A stretch of DNA of 64,000 nt from the human T2T-CHM13v2.0 reference genome, Homo sapiens: assembly GCF_009914755.1 (NCBI RefSeq), contig NC_060941.1; one strand, 5' to 3'. Under the pieces are notes generated by a model. It worked only from the letters and a program-made list of their open reading frames with translations, was not told the origin of the DNA and made no database searches. The position numbers were made by a program, and so were the translations under genes. Positions 64,000-64,000 of this stretch are shown in pieces (the stretch's first letter is position 1; every line of letters begins with the position of its first letter).

Positions 64000-64000
64000 T

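Overview
Human-type (primate) genomic DNA that is very Alu-dense. From the encoded protein I recognise it as the TEX14/RAD51C head-to-head locus (17q22). The right third holds RAD51C coding exons 1-5 (+ strand, Walker A GAPGVGKT, Walker B LVIVD). A CpG-island bidirectional promoter lies at ~39.9-40.7 kb. The non-coding first exon of TEX14 (- strand) ends at 39805, so 1-39804 is interpreted as TEX14 intron 1. Nested in that intron on the same strand are: (i) an array of four U1-like snRNA genes, each with a PSE at -61/-63 (three also with an ATGTAGAT octamer DSE) and each with a different altered 5' splice-site-recognition sequence, plus a fifth highly decayed U1 relic; (ii) an intact 340-aa IGBP1/alpha4 retrogene (IGBP1C) inserted in the upstream flank of the last U1-like gene, with candidate splice acceptors that could join it to TEX14 exon 1. 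A truncated RPL36A processed pseudogene lies on the + strand in the same intron. RAD51C intron 4 carries a 231-bp, ~99%-identical non-Alu inverted repeat ending 70 nt before exon 5. Several other local templated duplications, solo LTRs, L1/L2/MIR and DNA-transposon fragments are present. Almost all short ORFs in the ORF track are Alu artefacts.
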